A stretch of DNA of 60,283 bases from an uncultured Nitrososphaeraceae archaeon (lineage in GTDB: Archaea > Thermoproteota > Nitrososphaeria > Nitrososphaerales > Nitrososphaeraceae), in NCBI GenBank assembly GCA_963825865.1, contig CAWGVG010000002.1, forward strand, positions 1 through 60,283. Direction: 5' to 3'. Numbering within the stretch: position 1 is the first letter of the stretch; the number at the start of each line of letters is the position of its first letter. Below, in pieces: positions 23,416 to 36,454 of this stretch. Both the position numbers and the translations under genes were made by a program. The notes under the pieces were generated by a model. The model was given only the letters and a program-made list of their open reading frames with translations, searched no databases and had not been told where the DNA came from.

Positions 23416-25902
23416 TTGGCGTCACATCGTCGTCATCGTAATGCCGATGATCTATCAGAAACACCATCTCCCGAACATCCACATCAACACCATCTAGTCC
23501 GTACACTGGGTCTTATTGACGTGGTTATGATAGGAATAGCGGGCATGATTGGTGGAGCGATTTTTGTCCTTGTAGGTCCAGCAATAGGATTAGCAGGAAG
23601 TGCTGTTATTATTGCCTTTATGATTAATGGAATTATCACACTTTTTACTGCAATGGGTTATGCTGAACTAGGATCAGCAATGCCAGAAGCTGGCGGTGGT
23701 TATCTATGGGTTAGAGAAGGATTACCTAGACCAAATGCTTTCATAAGTGGTTGGATGGCATGGTTTGCTCATATTGTTGCAGGTAGTCTTTATGCTGTAG
23801 GATACGGCTCTTTTCAGTTTAATTTATTAAAGATGCTGGGAATAATTGGGGACCAGCCTCTGCTAGGAATCATTCATTTTGACAAATTAATAGCTGTTGT
23901 ATCTATAGCTGTATTTACTTATATCAATATAAGAGGAGCATCTGAAACTGGTAAAATTGGAATAATAGTTACCATCATTCAGCTTGGAACCATTTTTGCA
24001 CTAATAGGTGCTGGTTTTTTGACTATACATAATAGTAATCATAATTGGTATTCTAATATCGTTACTAATTTTGCTCCTCTAGGCATAGGCGGTATTGTTG
24101 CCGCTATGGGTTTGACATTTATTGCTTTTGAAGGCTATGAGATAATCGTCCAAACAGGAGAAGAAGTAAAAAATCCAAAGAAGAATATACCAAGAGCCAT
24201 TTTCATTTCCCTAACTCTTGTTGTGTTATTGTATTGCCTTGTCGCATTTGTTTCTATTGGTGCAGTTATTCCAAAAACTATTGGTGGTATTCCTACATGG
24301 AAATTCATAGGCCAAAATGGTGATTTAGGAATAACAAAAGCTGCTGCATTATTTTTACCATATGGATCCCTTGTTATTCTCGCTGGTGGCATTGTGTCCA
24401 GTTTAGCTGCATTGAATGCTACCACTTATTCTTCATCAAGAGTGGCATTTGCAATGGGTAGACATTATAATTTACCAAATCAACTCAGTGCAATCCACCC
24501 CAGATTTAGAACACCGTACATTGCCACAATAATATCGGGGATAATAATGGCCGTTGTGGCTTATGGACTTCCACTTACTGAGATAGCTCTTGCATCTGGT
24601 GTGATATTCCTGCTATTATTTACACAGGTAAACATATCGGTGATTACTATAAGAAAGATATACGGAGATAAGCTTGATTATGGCTTTAAAACTCCTTTCT
24701 TTCCCATTATACCCATCATTGGTGTGTTTTTGAAAGTAGGACTTGCAATTTATCTTCTAATTATTCAGCCTACGAGTTGGCTTATTAGCGTATTGTGGAT
24801 CGCGATAGGTTTTGCAGTATATAGAATATACACTTTCAGAAAAGAAATTGATCACTATTCACCCATAGTCACTAGTGAGGGCGATCTTACAAGAAAAGAT
24901 TTCAGGATTTTAATTCCTTATACTCCAGACAATCCTGATAGGCTAATAAAATATGCTATTAGATTTGCAAAAGAAAACGATGGGGAAATTAATATCTTAA
25001 GAGTTATTACAGTACCGCATCAAACACCCCTTTCTGCTGGAATTGCGTTCACAGATTCTGCAAGGCGAGCCTTTGAACCATTAGAAAAAATAATAGAAAA
25101 AGAAAATATTCTAAATCATTATCTTGTAAGGATTTCACATGATGCAACGGAGGCCATATTATCTACAATTGAGGAGCAAAGGATTGATCTTATCATTATA
25201 GATTATGAGGTATTAAGAAATAATAAAAAGTTTCAGACGCTTGTAACATGTAATATACTGGCCATTTTAACGGGTGGAACTAGTGATGAAGAATTAATAC
25301 TTGAAGAATCTATTGCAAAAGATCAAGACATATCAGGCCAAACAAAACTACCTAAAAGGAAAAAAAATTTGGTCGTTTTATACGATGAAGAATCAGATCA
25401 TTCAGAAGCTGTACTTAAGACATGCAGTTGGCTAGAACATTCTGGTAAGTTTAATGTTATTGTACTATCAATAAGAAAAAAGGTAGAAGGAAAATATGAT
25501 GTTGGGCATAGCGACGACATTAAAAACGAAGGGGTTAAAAAAGGACAAGAAGAAAACGAAGCAGGGCACAAGGAACATGTTGAAAGGTTCTTTTTAACAG
25601 AACGTGATCAACGCAGGCGCTATTTGGAGCAAATTGGACTAGAGTTTAGTGAGATCTATCTAAATGAGAAGACTCAAGATAATAGTGAGAGATTTGTAAA
25701 TTTGATTATCTCAGCAATTAATTCTTCTCAGCCAGACATAATCGTAACAGGCGCAACTATTGGCAAATATAGTCTATTTAGTAATCAACATTTCATATCT
25801 ATGCTAGATCAGATAAATTTTCCGGTTATAGTAGCAAGAAGCTTTACAATTCCAGGTGTACATCGCCTCAAAGCTGCAATAATGCAAATCATTCACAGGT
25901 AG
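23416..25902 (+). CDS. APC-family amino acid permease fused to C-terminal USP-like domains
   Basis: GMIGGAIF, YAELGSAMPEAGGGY, FIAFEGYE, EEVKNPKKNIP, SSRVAFAMGR. C-terminal RILIPY...IDLIII and PDIIVTG. Confidence 0.92.
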   Translation: MASHRRHRNADDLSETPSPEHPHQHHLVRTLGLIDVVMIGIAGMIGGAIFVLVGPAIGLAGSAVIIAFMINGIITLFTAMGYAELGSAMPEAGGGYLWVREGLPRPNAFISGWMAWFAHIVAGSLYAVGYGSFQFNLLKMLGIIGDQPLLGIIHFDKLIAVVSIAVFTYINIRGASETGKIGIIVTIIQLGTIFALIGAGFLTIHNSNHNWYSNIVTNFAPLGIGGIVAAMGLTFIAFEGYEIIVQTGEEVKNPKKNIPRAIFISLTLVVLLYCLVAFVSIGAVIPKTIGGIPTWKFIGQNGDLGITKAAALFLPYGSLVILAGGIVSSLAALNATTYSSSRVAFAMGRHYNLPNQLSAIHPRFRTPYIATIISGIIMAVVAYGLPLTEIALASGVIFLLLFTQVNISVITIRKIYGDKLDYGFKTPFFPIIPIIGVFLKVGLAIYLLIIQPTSWLISVLWIAIGFAVYRIYTFRKEIDHYSPIVTSEGDLTRKDFRILIPYTPDNPDRLIKYAIRFAKENDGEINILRVITVPHQTPLSAGIAFTDSARRAFEPLEKIIEKENILNHYLVRISHDATEAILSTIEEQRIDLIIIDYEVLRNNKKFQTLVTCNILAILTGGTSDEELILEESIAKDQDISGQTKLPKRKKNLVVLYDEESDHSEAVLKTCSWLEHSGKFNVIVLSIRKKVEGKYDVGHSDDIKNEGVKKGQEENEAGHKEHVERFFLTERDQRRRYLEQIGLEFSEIYLNEKTQDNSERFVNLIISAINSSQPDIIVTGATIGKYSLFSNQHFISMLDQINFPVIVARSFTIPGVHRLKAAIMQIIHR

Positions 25903-27097
25903 ATTAAAAGTATCCATACTAAATAACATTCTTAATAGACTCCTAGAGAGAAACTCGACTATACCCAGTTTGAACGGTTTTGTTCTATAATGCTCTGCAA
26001 TAGCCCTTCTTCAAATCAGCAGACACACAAACTATTGAATTCTCTATTCCTATCTTAATACACTCAAAAATAATGATGATAGCTATTTCTTTCAAATTAT
26101 GTATATACATATGGCAAAAAGGATACTCAGTCAATGGCTGAAGTATTTCCAACCCTTTATTTTGAGACAGGCATCTATCACCTATTGCCGTCTGTTTTAA
26201 GGTGCTTGATGTTATCACATATTATTAACATGTGTCTTAGATTGGTGGCAAGAGTGGTAGGAGTTGAATCGGTGTTAGTTTATCTCGATTGATCTTAAAT
26301 GCATTAAAAATCCGATGGCAATGTTCCCATAAAAGCATTACGAGAACATTGTTGAATACTGCTGGAACAATAAAGTCTAACTAAGAAATGGTAAAGAGAA
26401 AGGACAGTGTTGTAGGAGACTTTATTGTACTCGTCGTATAAAATGGTCTTTTAGTGTTAATTTGCTGTTATTATTATTCTGATAGTATCATTATATGATC
26501 TTTTCTACTGTTAGTTGCCTATCCATAAGTTTTTTTATATCGCCTGGTGTTTTAATATTATCATTATTATATTGAAGAAAGAGAAGTGTTACTGGTTTAT
26601 CTATTACTACTTGTCGATAGCCAGCAGAAGGAATATTATCCAAATAGTAGTAAAGACACACCATCTCTATAGCAAGCACAATTAAGTTTTTTGAATTAAA
26701 TTTGTTCATACTATTATATAACTATTGCAACAATTGATTCAAGTGAATAATAATTTGCAGATAAAAAACATTGATTATTTAGTGACAATTTTCACAATAA
26801 AATGATATATGATATCTGTGCTAAAGACCTGAAATATTCAAAGAAGTCTTAGCGTTGAATGTTTTTTTATTTCCATATTTCGAAAAAACCGAGTTCTGGC
26901 GTAAATGCCAAGAGCCTTTAATTTTTGAATGTAATTCTTGAAGTAATATTACTGAAGAAAAAGTTCATATGAAGTAGAAATGTGAAGTATTATCAAAAAC
27001 AACACAAAAGAGTGATTATTGTAAGTTAGTGGTCTTATATGGTATTTAATGCCATAAAATGCCATCATTTATATACCTTAGAGGACCTATGGTACTC

Positions 27098-27757
27098 ATG
27101 TCAACAACAAAAGACCAAAGAAGAGAAAGACAAGAAGAGACAACGACAGTAACACCATCATCATCATCAACAACAAGTACCACTACTACAACATCACAGG
27201 TGCAGCAAGAACAACAGCAATCTGTTAATAGAGCATTAGATGAAACCAAGAACAACATTAGAAGAGCAACAGATGAGGCAAGAAAAGACATTCCACGTTA
27301 CACTCAAGTAGTTAGCGATTACCAAGAACAAACAATTCAAGCAGCTAGAGAGATAGCAGATAACTACCTAGAATCACAAAAGGAGATTATAAATTCATTG
27401 CAGTCAGCATGGCTCCCCCAGATAGAGGCGGCAAACAGAGTATTTACATCAAACTGGATGGTATCTCCAAGACATTTGGCTGACAACTATGCAAGGATAG
27501 TTAGCAGCTTTGCAGATAATACAGTAGCTGCAACTAGACTAGTGAACAACACTATATTTGCAAACCTAGAAGCATTCAAGTCATCTGTTCAGAATGCAAG
27601 AGATAATGCAAAGGAGTTTTCTAGAATAGGCGTTAACAGCGCAAGAACGTTAGAGCAAACATCAAGAGATACAGCTAGAGTAGCTGGACATGATACTTCG
27701 TCTGCTAGGATTCATGTAGAAAGAGAAGAGCAACAACAACAACAAAGACGCTTTTAG
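27098..27757 (+). CDS. alpha-helical phasin-like hypothetical protein
   Basis: QQSVNRALDETKNNIRR...YQEQTIQAAREIADNYLESQKEIINSLQSAW, with an S/T tract at the N-terminus. Phasin link is inference. Confidence 0.65.
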   Translation: MSTTKDQRRERQEETTTVTPSSSSTTSTTTTTSQVQQEQQQSVNRALDETKNNIRRATDEARKDIPRYTQVVSDYQEQTIQAAREIADNYLESQKEIINSLQSAWLPQIEAANRVFTSNWMVSPRHLADNYARIVSSFADNTVAATRLVNNTIFANLEAFKSSVQNARDNAKEFSRIGVNSARTLEQTSRDTARVAGHDTSSARIHVEREEQQQQQRRF

Positions 27758-28906
27758 AAGGCGCTGAAAGCTTCTTTTATCTTTATCGTTTTTACCTTTC
27801 TTGTGGGCTTTACTTTTCGAAATGAAGCTAATGTATCTATGATGTAGACGAAGCGGAAAAACTTTACAATAGACTAATAAGAGATTGCATAGACAGAATT
27901 ATTACTGATTACGCGTCTAGCAAACCATCAGCATCGTCATTGCCTTTGTTACCCTCATCTATCGAAGAACAACAAAGTCATGTCTTCCAGATCAATAACA
28001 GGCAGCTAATCAGACTTTCATGTGAAGTCATGCTGGACTGTTCTAAATATTCCTGTTGCTGAAGCATTACCACCTGCAGCCGCATTTGCTCAACTATTGC
28101 AACTATGTATGGCTCTCTTGTAGGTTATCTGCAGGAAAGGTAACCGCAGTAAAAACACCTGCAACAGAGAAAATATGTGATAGCGTAGTCAAATATACTT
28201 CAATACTGCCTCTGTTTACTGCAGTGACAGGTTTCGATTTGCTTGTTACATCCTATACATACAGTAAATTTATTGCATCCTAAAGGAGTACATGCCTCAA
28301 GTATCATAGTGTTCCTACCGTAGATACACTTCTCCAATCTGTCTTTACTCGATGTAGGATACAGATCTTTTATAATTATTTCTATCGTACAATCTTTTCT
28401 TTAAAGAATACTTCATGCCTATCTGGCAATGGAATTGCAGCAAAGAAAAGAGCAACATCAACAATATATTGATGATAATTTTTCTAATAAAAACAAGCAG
28501 GAGGCAGCAAAAACTATCTATCAACACAAGCCTACAAACCCTTTTCCTAAGGTAAAATCCTAACACAAGTCGCAGTTGCATTAAACGTAAAGGCGAGCAG
28601 GAGATTTTGTCCCTTTTCTCATAATTGGTAATGATAATCTACCAGTAATAGAATACAGATGCGAAAGGCTCAAACAAGAGGTAAATTCAACAGAAATTCG
28701 AAAAGTAAATTCAAGTAAGAATTCAAGATTTAAAGCGACTTACAAACCACGAGGATTGCACTAGAGGATCTTGCAATACTATTTGAATGCAATACGACAT
28801 ACACGACAGTCATACCATCACCACAAAACAATAAACGCATAAGAACACCAGACAGATATGTACTGCTAGAAGTGGGGTCAGATATCACCAGGGAAATCGC
28901 TGTTAA

Positions 28907-29160
28907 TCAAGGTAATGATGATAGCCTGCTTTTCACTAAAGACAGTATTTTATTTAAGATTATAGACTCGTGTTCCGCTTCTAAATCAAATGATACAAGA
29001 AGAATATAATCACTCATGGTTTCACCTCTTAATGGTATGGTCGCTCGCTTTATTTTCTCGTAAAGTGCAGACGCATAGATTGTTTTACTCAGCTTCTTCT
29101 CTTCCAATGATTCCCTTGTAGCCATTTTTACTTGTAAAGCAGATAGTTCTGTTGGACTAT
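28907..29160 (-). pseudogene. second DUF6659-like paralog, C-terminal half only
   Basis: ATRESLEEKKLSKTIYASALYEKIKRATIPL...LLVSFD aligns to the C-terminus of 9986..10390. Confidence 0.65.
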
Positions 29161-29406
29161 GAATGATTTAGGTGTTGGCGCCATCCCACATTCCATATTT
29201 GGTCATATGATCAAAAAAATGAAATTTATGATCAAATAAATTTCATATTGTGCCTAACTTTATAAATCATTTACATTCCAAAAGAAGAGGCTGCTACAAC
29301 TACTACAACATCTTCTAGACCTACAACAAGGAATCAAGAAGATAGTATTGTTGATAAACCAATAGAAGAAAAGGTTAAAGCAGAGCCACATTTTCCATCA
29401 TCTTAT

Positions 29407-29655
29407 TTGACAAGGGAACAAGATAAGGAAAATAATAAAAATTTCAACAATTCTAATCCATTTGTTGCAAGCCCCACAGTTTGGCAAAGCATAATGACAT
29501 ATTGGTTTAATGCTTATGGAGAATTTCTTAAAAATGCACCAAAAATGGCTGAAGATTGGTATAATACATTTTGGAAGCCCTGGTTAAATTGGGTGCCTCA
29601 GGAGCGGCAGCAACAACAACACAAGACAGAGAAGACTTCGCAACCATCGATATAA
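29407..29655 (+). CDS. Trp-rich small helical protein; N-terminus likely extends upstream
   Basis: WQSIMTYWFNAYGEFLKNAPKMAEDWYNTFWKPWLNW. Confidence 0.55.
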   Translation: MTREQDKENNKNFNNSNPFVASPTVWQSIMTYWFNAYGEFLKNAPKMAEDWYNTFWKPWLNWVPQERQQQQHKTEKTSQPSI

Positions 29656-29664
29656 CAAAAGTCG

Positions 29665-29865
29665 ATGGATATGTCCGCAGAGATTATAGATATAATGGAA
29701 ACTCCTGATGTGGCTACTTGGAATAAAGGAATGCAAACTAAGGGTAATGCTGCAGAAGTAGTCAAACGATGTAATGAGGCAGAAAATGAGCAAAAACCAC
29801 TAAAAGAGAAAGGTTTTGAAGATTTGAATACATTCCAACTAATAAAAAAAACGTGGCTAAAGTAG
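29665..29865 (+). CDS. hypothetical protein
   Basis: 66-aa ATG-started ORF directly after the previous gene. Confidence 0.35.
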   Translation: MDMSAEIIDIMETPDVATWNKGMQTKGNAAEVVKRCNEAENEQKPLKEKGFEDLNTFQLIKKTWLK

Positions 29866-30396
29866 TTAAATCCGAAGCAACGTTAAAAGATGAAGCCGAT
29901 TTGTCATAAAAGGAACACGATTATGCTGGAATATAGAATTGGTGCAATACGATTACTCAAGGAATTAACTATAGATACACTGAGAAAAAGCATCAACAAT
30001 TCTTTATCAAAAGAGAATTTACAAAAAGAATAACTAAGAGGAGAGGTGAGTATTAGGATTTTAACTCCTACTAATAACGCTATTGATAAAACATCGTTCT
30101 TTTCTTGCAAAAAAGATAATCCCCTTCTTTAAATAAGACATTTAACTCATTACCAAAATATAATGACCAGTGCCTGATGGTACAAAGAGTACACATTGTA
30201 GCAGATGTCAACAGGTGTAACAAAGCGGTAGCAATAGTACAACTGGTATTAGCTTTAGGGAGCGCAGAACCAGTTAATAGTTAAAAATAATGATACTTAT
30301 CTGCTTCCAACAAAATTTTCGAATTTGGAGTAGTATTAGTAATTTAATAGATGAAAAAGAATCATATTTGACTTGTCTCGAATCTAATACTGCATA

Positions 30397-31320
30397 TTGC
30401 TGAAGATACGACATGCAAAACAATCCGATAAAAGAGATGTTTTGAGATTCTGTATTGATACATTTGAATGGGGAGATTATATAGACCAAGTGTGGGATAT
30501 GTGGTATTCTGATCAGAAGGGATATTTAATGGTAGCAGAAGACAAGAAGGAGAACTGTACTACGCGACATAGTAAGAACAGCAGTCTGTTGTCATCAGTA
30601 ATAACAGCAGTTTCTCATGTCTATCTGTGTCCAAATAAGAATAGTATATGGTTAGAAGGCATCAGGGTCAGACCAGATTACAGACGCAGATCTATTGCAA
30701 CAGAATTAATAAAGAAAATGGTAAGATATGGCGAAGAGCAAGGAGGTAAAGAAGCAGCTGCAATAGTATCAGCAAATAATACTGCATCCCGATTAATGAT
30801 GGAAAAGAACGGCTTTGTTGTAATATCAAAATGGAATTATTATGGTACTGATAAAATTCCCGAGAAGTCTAGGATAGCCACAGTTAGAATTGCAACCTCA
30901 AAAGACATTGAAAGTTTATGCAATTATCTTAAACAGTCTCAAATATTTAAGTCAGCAGGAGAAAGTTATGTAAATTCGTGGAGATGGTGCCCATTAGATG
31001 TGGGTTCTGACAGTTTACAAAATCTCATTGAGGATGAAAGAGTGATTGTAATTAGAAATGGCGATTACATTATGAATGGTGTGGCGATTATCAACAAAGA
31101 CAATAATAAAACATTCCAAATAGTATATCTTGATGCTTCCAATGCACTCATGCTAAAATACTTAGTCAAATTTGTCACAGACTGGGCACTTACCGAAATT
31201 GAAAGATATAAAAGAATACAAATATTTACTCCACACATGACATACGTCGATTCAGTTATGGAAGATTTAGGAATCGTATACGAAGTCGGGCAGTTTTTAT
31301 TATACAAAAGAAAGATATAA
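30397..31320 (+). CDS. GNAT N-acetyltransferase
   Basis: FEWGDYI, WLEGIRVRPDYRRRSIA (acetyl-CoA motif A), NTASRLMMEKNGF. Confidence 0.9.
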   Translation: MLKIRHAKQSDKRDVLRFCIDTFEWGDYIDQVWDMWYSDQKGYLMVAEDKKENCTTRHSKNSSLLSSVITAVSHVYLCPNKNSIWLEGIRVRPDYRRRSIATELIKKMVRYGEEQGGKEAAAIVSANNTASRLMMEKNGFVVISKWNYYGTDKIPEKSRIATVRIATSKDIESLCNYLKQSQIFKSAGESYVNSWRWCPLDVGSDSLQNLIEDERVIVIRNGDYIMNGVAIINKDNNKTFQIVYLDASNALMLKYLVKFVTDWALTEIERYKRIQIFTPHMTYVDSVMEDLGIVYEVGQFLLYKRKI

Positions 31321-31439
31321 TTTTTGGTCTCAGGTTTTAATGATACAGGATTTTCAATGAGGTTGTTAATAAAAAGTGTGATAACATCTATATATATATA
31401 GAGGAATATATTCTTAATCTCTATTTGTACATTCAAACA

Positions 31440-33388
31440 AGCATACAATATCTATCTTCACAATTAACTCGATAATGTAGATGAACCTGACAACTGTAGG
31501 TTGCTATTAGATATTCTGCAGGATATTATCGTGAAAACGGTATAATAGCCATACACAAACCAAGGAGCGGATTTTGTTTTGTTTCTTCTACCGACGATAA
31601 TTCTTCAATTAAACAGGCATGGACACAAGGAGAAGCAATAGAATCAAAATATTGGTTTCCATGTCTTGAGGATCCTCAGGTCAAGTTTCCTAGAGAAATT
31701 CAAGTTATAGTTCCAGAAAATGACCTCATTGTTATATCGAACGGTGAATTAGCACAGAAGGAAGGAAATACGTGGACATGGATAGAGCAAAATCCAACTC
31801 CAGCATATCTCACATCACTTGTCATAGGAAAGTTTTCTCAAGAACAACATGAATATCTTTATGATAATCATGATCATCATGAAAACAAGAATAGTAATAG
31901 TGTTGTCTTGTTATATTATTGGCCAAAAGAAATACCAAAAAAAGACGCCATGTTAACATTTGTTAATACTCCAAATATAATTAAATTCTTTGAAGAATAT
32001 TTTGGCATCAAATATCCGTACAAAAAGTATTCACAAGTTGCAGTAGAAGAATTTGAACTTGGAGGTATGGAAAATACAAATTGCACTACATTGACAAAAT
32101 ATATCCTACACGATGAAATAGGCAGCAATTGACTACTCAAGAGATATCGATATTATTTCTCATGAGCTTGCTCATCAATGGTTTGGTGATTTGGTAACGT
32201 GTAGAGATTGGTCAAACTTATGGCTTAACGAAGGTTTTGCAACATACTGTGAAATGTTGTATTGGGAGAGTATCAAAGGATTTGATGAGTTCTGCTACAA
32301 AGTAATTAAAATGGCAGATGAATATCTTGAAGGATCCAGATGCCTCTATAAACGACCACTTGTTACAAGAATTTACAAGCACCCAGATGATCTATTTGAC
32401 ACTCATTCTTATGAAAAAGGTGGTTGCGTTTTGCATATGTTACGTAATGATATCGGTGAAAATAACTTTAGAAAATCTATAAACAGATACCTCGATGCAT
32501 ACAAAAATAAGAGTGCCGATACCGACGACCTATGTAAAATTGTTGAAGACGTCTCAGGAAAGAGTATGCTCCAATTCTTTGATCAATGGGTTTATAGATC
32601 AGGTCATCCCAAACTTGACATAGAGTTATCTTTAGAATCCTTAGAAAATTCATATAATATAAGAATCAAAATTTCACAAATACAACAACAAGCAGAAGAT
32701 GATGGCATATGGTAATACAGAAGGGGATAACCAAGATTATAGTGATCTATTTGATTTCCTTCTTGAGATAAGAATAGTTTTTTCTACTACTGCTGACATT
32801 GGTGGTAATAGATCTAGAAACGATTCATATATCTAAAAGAATAACTGAACATTCAATCGAAATTCCAAAGGATGCAAGAGTAGAATGGATATCTATAGAT
32901 CCACAATTTAAAATATTAAAAGAGATAAAATCAATAAAAATTAGAAATGAAACAAATGAATTTCAACTCAAAGACATGCTTAAAAATCAATTACGTAAAG
33001 GAAAAACAATAATTGAAAGAATTGAAGCTGCACTGAGCACTCAAGAATCAATATTCAAGAGATTTAGTAAACGAACTACAAAGTGCAGTTTTAGCAGACC
33101 CTTTTTATGGAGTATCTATAGAAGCTGCAAATACACTCGGATCGTATCAATGAAAAAAATAATTATGCTAAGTCTAATAGAGCATATAGCGCACTTGTCT
33201 CTTGTCTGAATAAAGAGCAAATATTTTCTAGATTACATCCTGAAATTAAACAAGCAATAGTTCGAAATATCGGACAATTTGAAAGGAAAGAATCAATTAA
33301 TTTACTTAAGCCATTATTATATGAACAAAACGAAAGCTATTTTGTACGAGCAAACGTCGCAATAGCAATTGGAAAAAGCAAATGATGA
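31440..33388 (+). pseudogene. pepN: M1 aminopeptidase N, truncated at both ends with several frameshifts
   Basis: WTQGE...WFPC, GGMEN (about 32062), HELAHQWFGD (32161), LWLNEGFA, YEKGG, then HEAT-like repeats. Confidence 0.85.
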
Positions 33389-34009
33389 AATTAAAGGAGA
33401 TATTAGCTCTTTTCTAACACTAACACACTAAAACAAGACAAAAAAGTGTCAGTTATGTTAGTACATCTTTTTGTCAACCATGTCTGGAAGTACAACAAAT
33501 ACTCCGCAATGTAGTTAACGTTCTTAAAATTGCTAACTATGGTAATAGCGCAGATGTAGGCAATGCAATCTGAGAAACTGGAATTAAAGGAGAGAAATTC
33601 ACATCGAAAGAATAGAAAAAGAGCGAGAAAAAAGTCAGAAATATGCTTATTTTCTAAAATTTGTCATGAGTCTTCCTCTATAACAACTAGTAGCAAATCT
33701 CTAAACATAGTGTCTGTTGTTTCGATTTATCAAACACTTTTTATTATAACCTATCTTATCACCGAGTATATTAACTCCATTTTGATCATACCCATATCTT
33801 CTTTTCATGGAAATTTCAATAGATATTCCTAAAGACTTGTTATATCAAAGAAAGCCTGATAATATCAGAAACGCTGATAACGATAAAGGATCCAATAAGT
33901 TGCGACTATCTTGAAACTTGACCGATCAGATATTAAAAATGCAGGTACCTCAAAGACTTTTCATCGTTTAGCTTTTCAGTGCCTAAATTTTAAAAATGCT
34001 ACTTAGAAA

Positions 34010-34644
34010 TCAAACCTCATGAATTAAACCGATCAGACTTCTTTTTGGTTTGGGCTGAAGTATTTTTTGAGGATATCCTAGACATAGAATTGATGAAGGT
34101 ATAAATTTTGTGCCTAGTGTTGTCATAACTTTTTCTTCGTCTATCATTCCTATCCATATGGAGCTTAAACCTAGTGCATGTGCTGCGCAAGCTGAGAATA
34201 TGCTGCAGCAAGGGTGGCATCTTGTAAAGAGAATTTTTTAAGAATATTGGGCGGGAAGTTCATTTTTACCCTGTCAGGATTCATACAGAAGACAAGAACA
34301 ACAGGAGCATTTACATATGGCTGCTTATTGGCTGCATCAACAAGTTTTAGTTTAATTTCTGGATTTTTAACATGATAAATCTCGAATCCTTGAAAGCCAC
34401 CAGCTGTTGGTGCTGTATCGGCAGCGGCCAATATCATTTCAACTTTCGAATCTTCAACCCGTTTATTTTCAAATTTTCTTTGAGATCTCCTGCTCAGCAT
34501 AGTGCTAAAGATATTGGTTTGGAGGGCATCGTCTACCTCTTGAAGATTTACCTGCTCTTCCTCGTCCTTTGGATAAAGGAGACCGTGATCAGATCTACTT
34601 CCTTTTGCATACATCCTAGAGAGAACGTCTTTTGGGTAAGACAT
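34010..34644 (-). CDS. nitroreductase family protein, frameshift near 34185
   Basis: RRSQRKF, APTAGGFQ, QDATLAAAY, and the next frame gives HALGLSSIWIG...LCLGYP...KPKRSL. Confidence 0.9.
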
Positions 34645-35221
34645 CAGTTTATCTTATCATTACTGTTCTAAAAAGACTTTTAAAGTTGTACGTGCCTTTT
34701 ATGCAGGCGCATTTATTACAATAGAGCTTATAAATGTAGGTTTTATGTTTTATTGTAATATTGCAAAGTACCTTTAATTTAGTTTATGTATTGTATGACT
34801 TAGATTTTTAAGTCTCAAATAAAATAGTATCAGCACTGGTATTTTTCATAAATCGAGCTACTATATGCGAGAGGTAAATGGGTATGATAGATATGGATGT
34901 AATAACAGTAAATGTATATTTTCCATTATCATGAATATGGATGATCAGAAGGTGAGTTGTTGTACTCTTTTTTCTAATACATAATTTACCCTAGAAAAAA
35001 TGTCTTCATCATATTCTTTCATTTTTCAAACTTCTATTTCTTTGGAATTGATACCTATTTTGATAATGATGGTAGAAATCTTCAGGAATATTCAACATGT
35101 AAGGTTCGTGAGACTTGCTGCAGTAATTCACAGCATCTAATTATAACAATAGACTGGGATTAAAAGAGAAAATGGTTGTACTTGAAAATGGAGGATTCGT
35201 TTCATTGAAACGATATGTTAT

Positions 35222-36454
35222 TTATTTTGGGGGCGTGCGGTAGTGTATATTTTTTCAGTCATAACATACTCTCTCCCTCGCCACTTTATGGTACTCTCTG
35301 CGCCTAGAATTCACAATAGATGAAATAAAACCAATTGAAATAATTGCGCATGCTAGAGGACTGAACAAGGCATAAACTGGACTTAGAAAAAGACCGATCG
35401 ATAATTGTATTACAATAACTGAAATAATCAAAACAATACTCATGAGATCAACTACTAAAAGGATCTGGCTTAACAAGTTTTTATCCTCAGAAGACTGCAT
35501 TAACTGTAAGTATAACGAGAATGGTAACAAAATAAATGGTTCAAGCAACAGAAAGAACACTAGACAAATATTAGGTATATCCTTAGAGCCGAAGGGAATC
35601 ATATTAACACTCCTTTTTAGTCCTTGCCAGAAAGTCATAAAATCGCCAGTCATTTTTGTACTTATGCAATGTTCGCCTCTAACCATTTTCAATTTAAATT
35701 TTTGTTGCTTTACTTTTTTACCCAATGCAGCATCTTCTACAATCTCATTTTTTACTGCCTTGTGGGTGCCAATTGATTCGTAGGTTTTTCTAGTTATCAG
35801 ATAGAAGCAGCCAAAGAAATAGCCGGTTTTACTTTTGGGATTATTTACACACAAAGATGAGTATTTAATATGCGAAAACGTCCATAGTATAGGCAGCATT
35901 ATCTTAGTCCATATATTATCGCATATGATTTTTGGTCTTGCAGTAATAGCATCTAATTTTTGTTCGATCAAATAGATTACAGCTGCGGATATGGCAGAAG
36001 GCGAACATATGGTAGTGTCTGCGTCTATAAATACAAATATTTCTCCACTTGCGTGTAAGTACCCTTGATAGCACGCCCAACTTTTCCCGATCCAATCAAC
36101 CGGTTTAGGTTCTGCATTAATAACCATTATTCTTTTTGAGTTTCTTATTCCATATGTATGCATTATTTTACCGGTCGTATCAAACGATGAATCGTTGACA
36201 GCAACAATCTCGATGTTAGGATAATCTTGAGTAAGCAGGCTATCAAGACATTTTGTAATATTATTTTCTTCATTTAGTGCAGGGATAATAATACTGACTT
36301 TCGGATGGTTCTTTATATCAAATTTATACTCTTCTAGTATCGGAGATTGCTTAAAGGACTTAATCATATAGAAAAGGAAATAAAGCCAGGTACACAAAGC
36401 AAAAAATACTGTTGCAATCGTTATCTCACATACGATGAAAAAAATACTGTCCAT
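35222..36454 (-). CDS. glycosyltransferase family 2 (HpnB/CrtQ-like)
   Basis: VSIIIPALNEE, VNDSSFD, WIGKSWAC, FIDAD, VEDAALG. The C-terminal IKWRGREY lies after a frameshift at about 35292. Confidence 0.9.

Noticed and set aside
27900-28330. Coding-like stretch after the phasin-like gene
   Set aside because: The frames I translated are interrupted or lack any recognisable motif, so no call can be supported.
29904-30110. Minus-strand 68-aa ORF
   Set aside because: The plus strand reads like a short kinase-sensor remnant (IGAIRLLKEL...IRILTP) with stops. Neither strand is a credible gene.
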